From an uncultured Verrucomicrobiae bacterium (GTDB taxonomy: Bacteria > Chlamydiota > Chlamydiia > Chlamydiales > Rhabdochlamydiaceae), in contig CAWDYW010000003.1 in NCBI GenBank assembly GCA_963806855.1, positions 542,129-606,128 of the forward strand: a stretch of DNA of 64,000 nucleotides, read 5' to 3'. The stretch's first letter is position 1; each line of letters starts with the position of its first letter. Below the pieces are notes generated by a model, which did no database searches, had not been told where the DNA came from, and saw only the letters and a list, made by a program, of their open reading frames with translations. A program made the position numbers and the translations under genes. Below, piece after piece: positions 63,926-64,000 of this stretch.

Positions 63926-64000
63926 TCGGATAAACCCTTTCCCATTGCCAATAACAAAGGCTCACTCCGAGCAGCCCTATGCCCAGTGTCGGTGTGTCGA

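Overview
This 64-kb window looks like a Chlamydiae-type chromosome. That call is inferred from gene content and order as I recall it from Chlamydia: dnaX-ybaB next to ptsI-ptsH-hprK, a GroES-less GroEL paralog, an FtsZ-less dcw cluster (murF-mraY-murD-LysM protein-ftsW-murG-murC-ftsQ) followed by a STAS/RsbV-like gene and miaA, an Aas fusion, and families of small hydrophobic proteins. By eye it is richer in GC than Chlamydiaceae, so an environmental chlamydial lineage is likely. I call about 70 protein genes and one tRNA-Cys, and I see no rRNA, CRISPR array, prophage or classical IS element. Most genes are housekeeping: NDH-2, a regulatory PTS, peptidoglycan synthesis, fabF, nadD, rsfS, sucCD, ftsY, priA, cysS, lysS and umuDC.

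The unusual content is structural, and I see six kinds:
- A GxxExxY (PD-(D/E)XK) nuclease gene is bracketed by 30-bp inverted arms built from ACGCAAAG octamers and sits inside the dcw cluster. Gene-less hairpins made of the same arms occur at three other loci. I read this as a REPtron-like cassette; it is my main candidate for an undescribed system.
- There are several long palindromic elements of about 85 to 170 bp. One is inserted in-frame in a GT4 glycosyltransferase gene. Another fills an intergenic spacer exactly and pairs a stop codon with the next gene's Shine-Dalgarno sequence.
- Two tandem-duplication hot spots carry gene-fragment scars, one at an SDR gene and one at a cluster of small membrane proteins.
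- A B3/B4 domain appears fused to LysRS.
- Five single-base frameshifts hit cysS (twice), lysS, priA and an OsmC-like gene, and all lie in the last third of the window.
- A six-helix protein with a threefold repeat resembles a mitochondrial carrier.

All function calls rest on motifs read from the translations. No database search was run.
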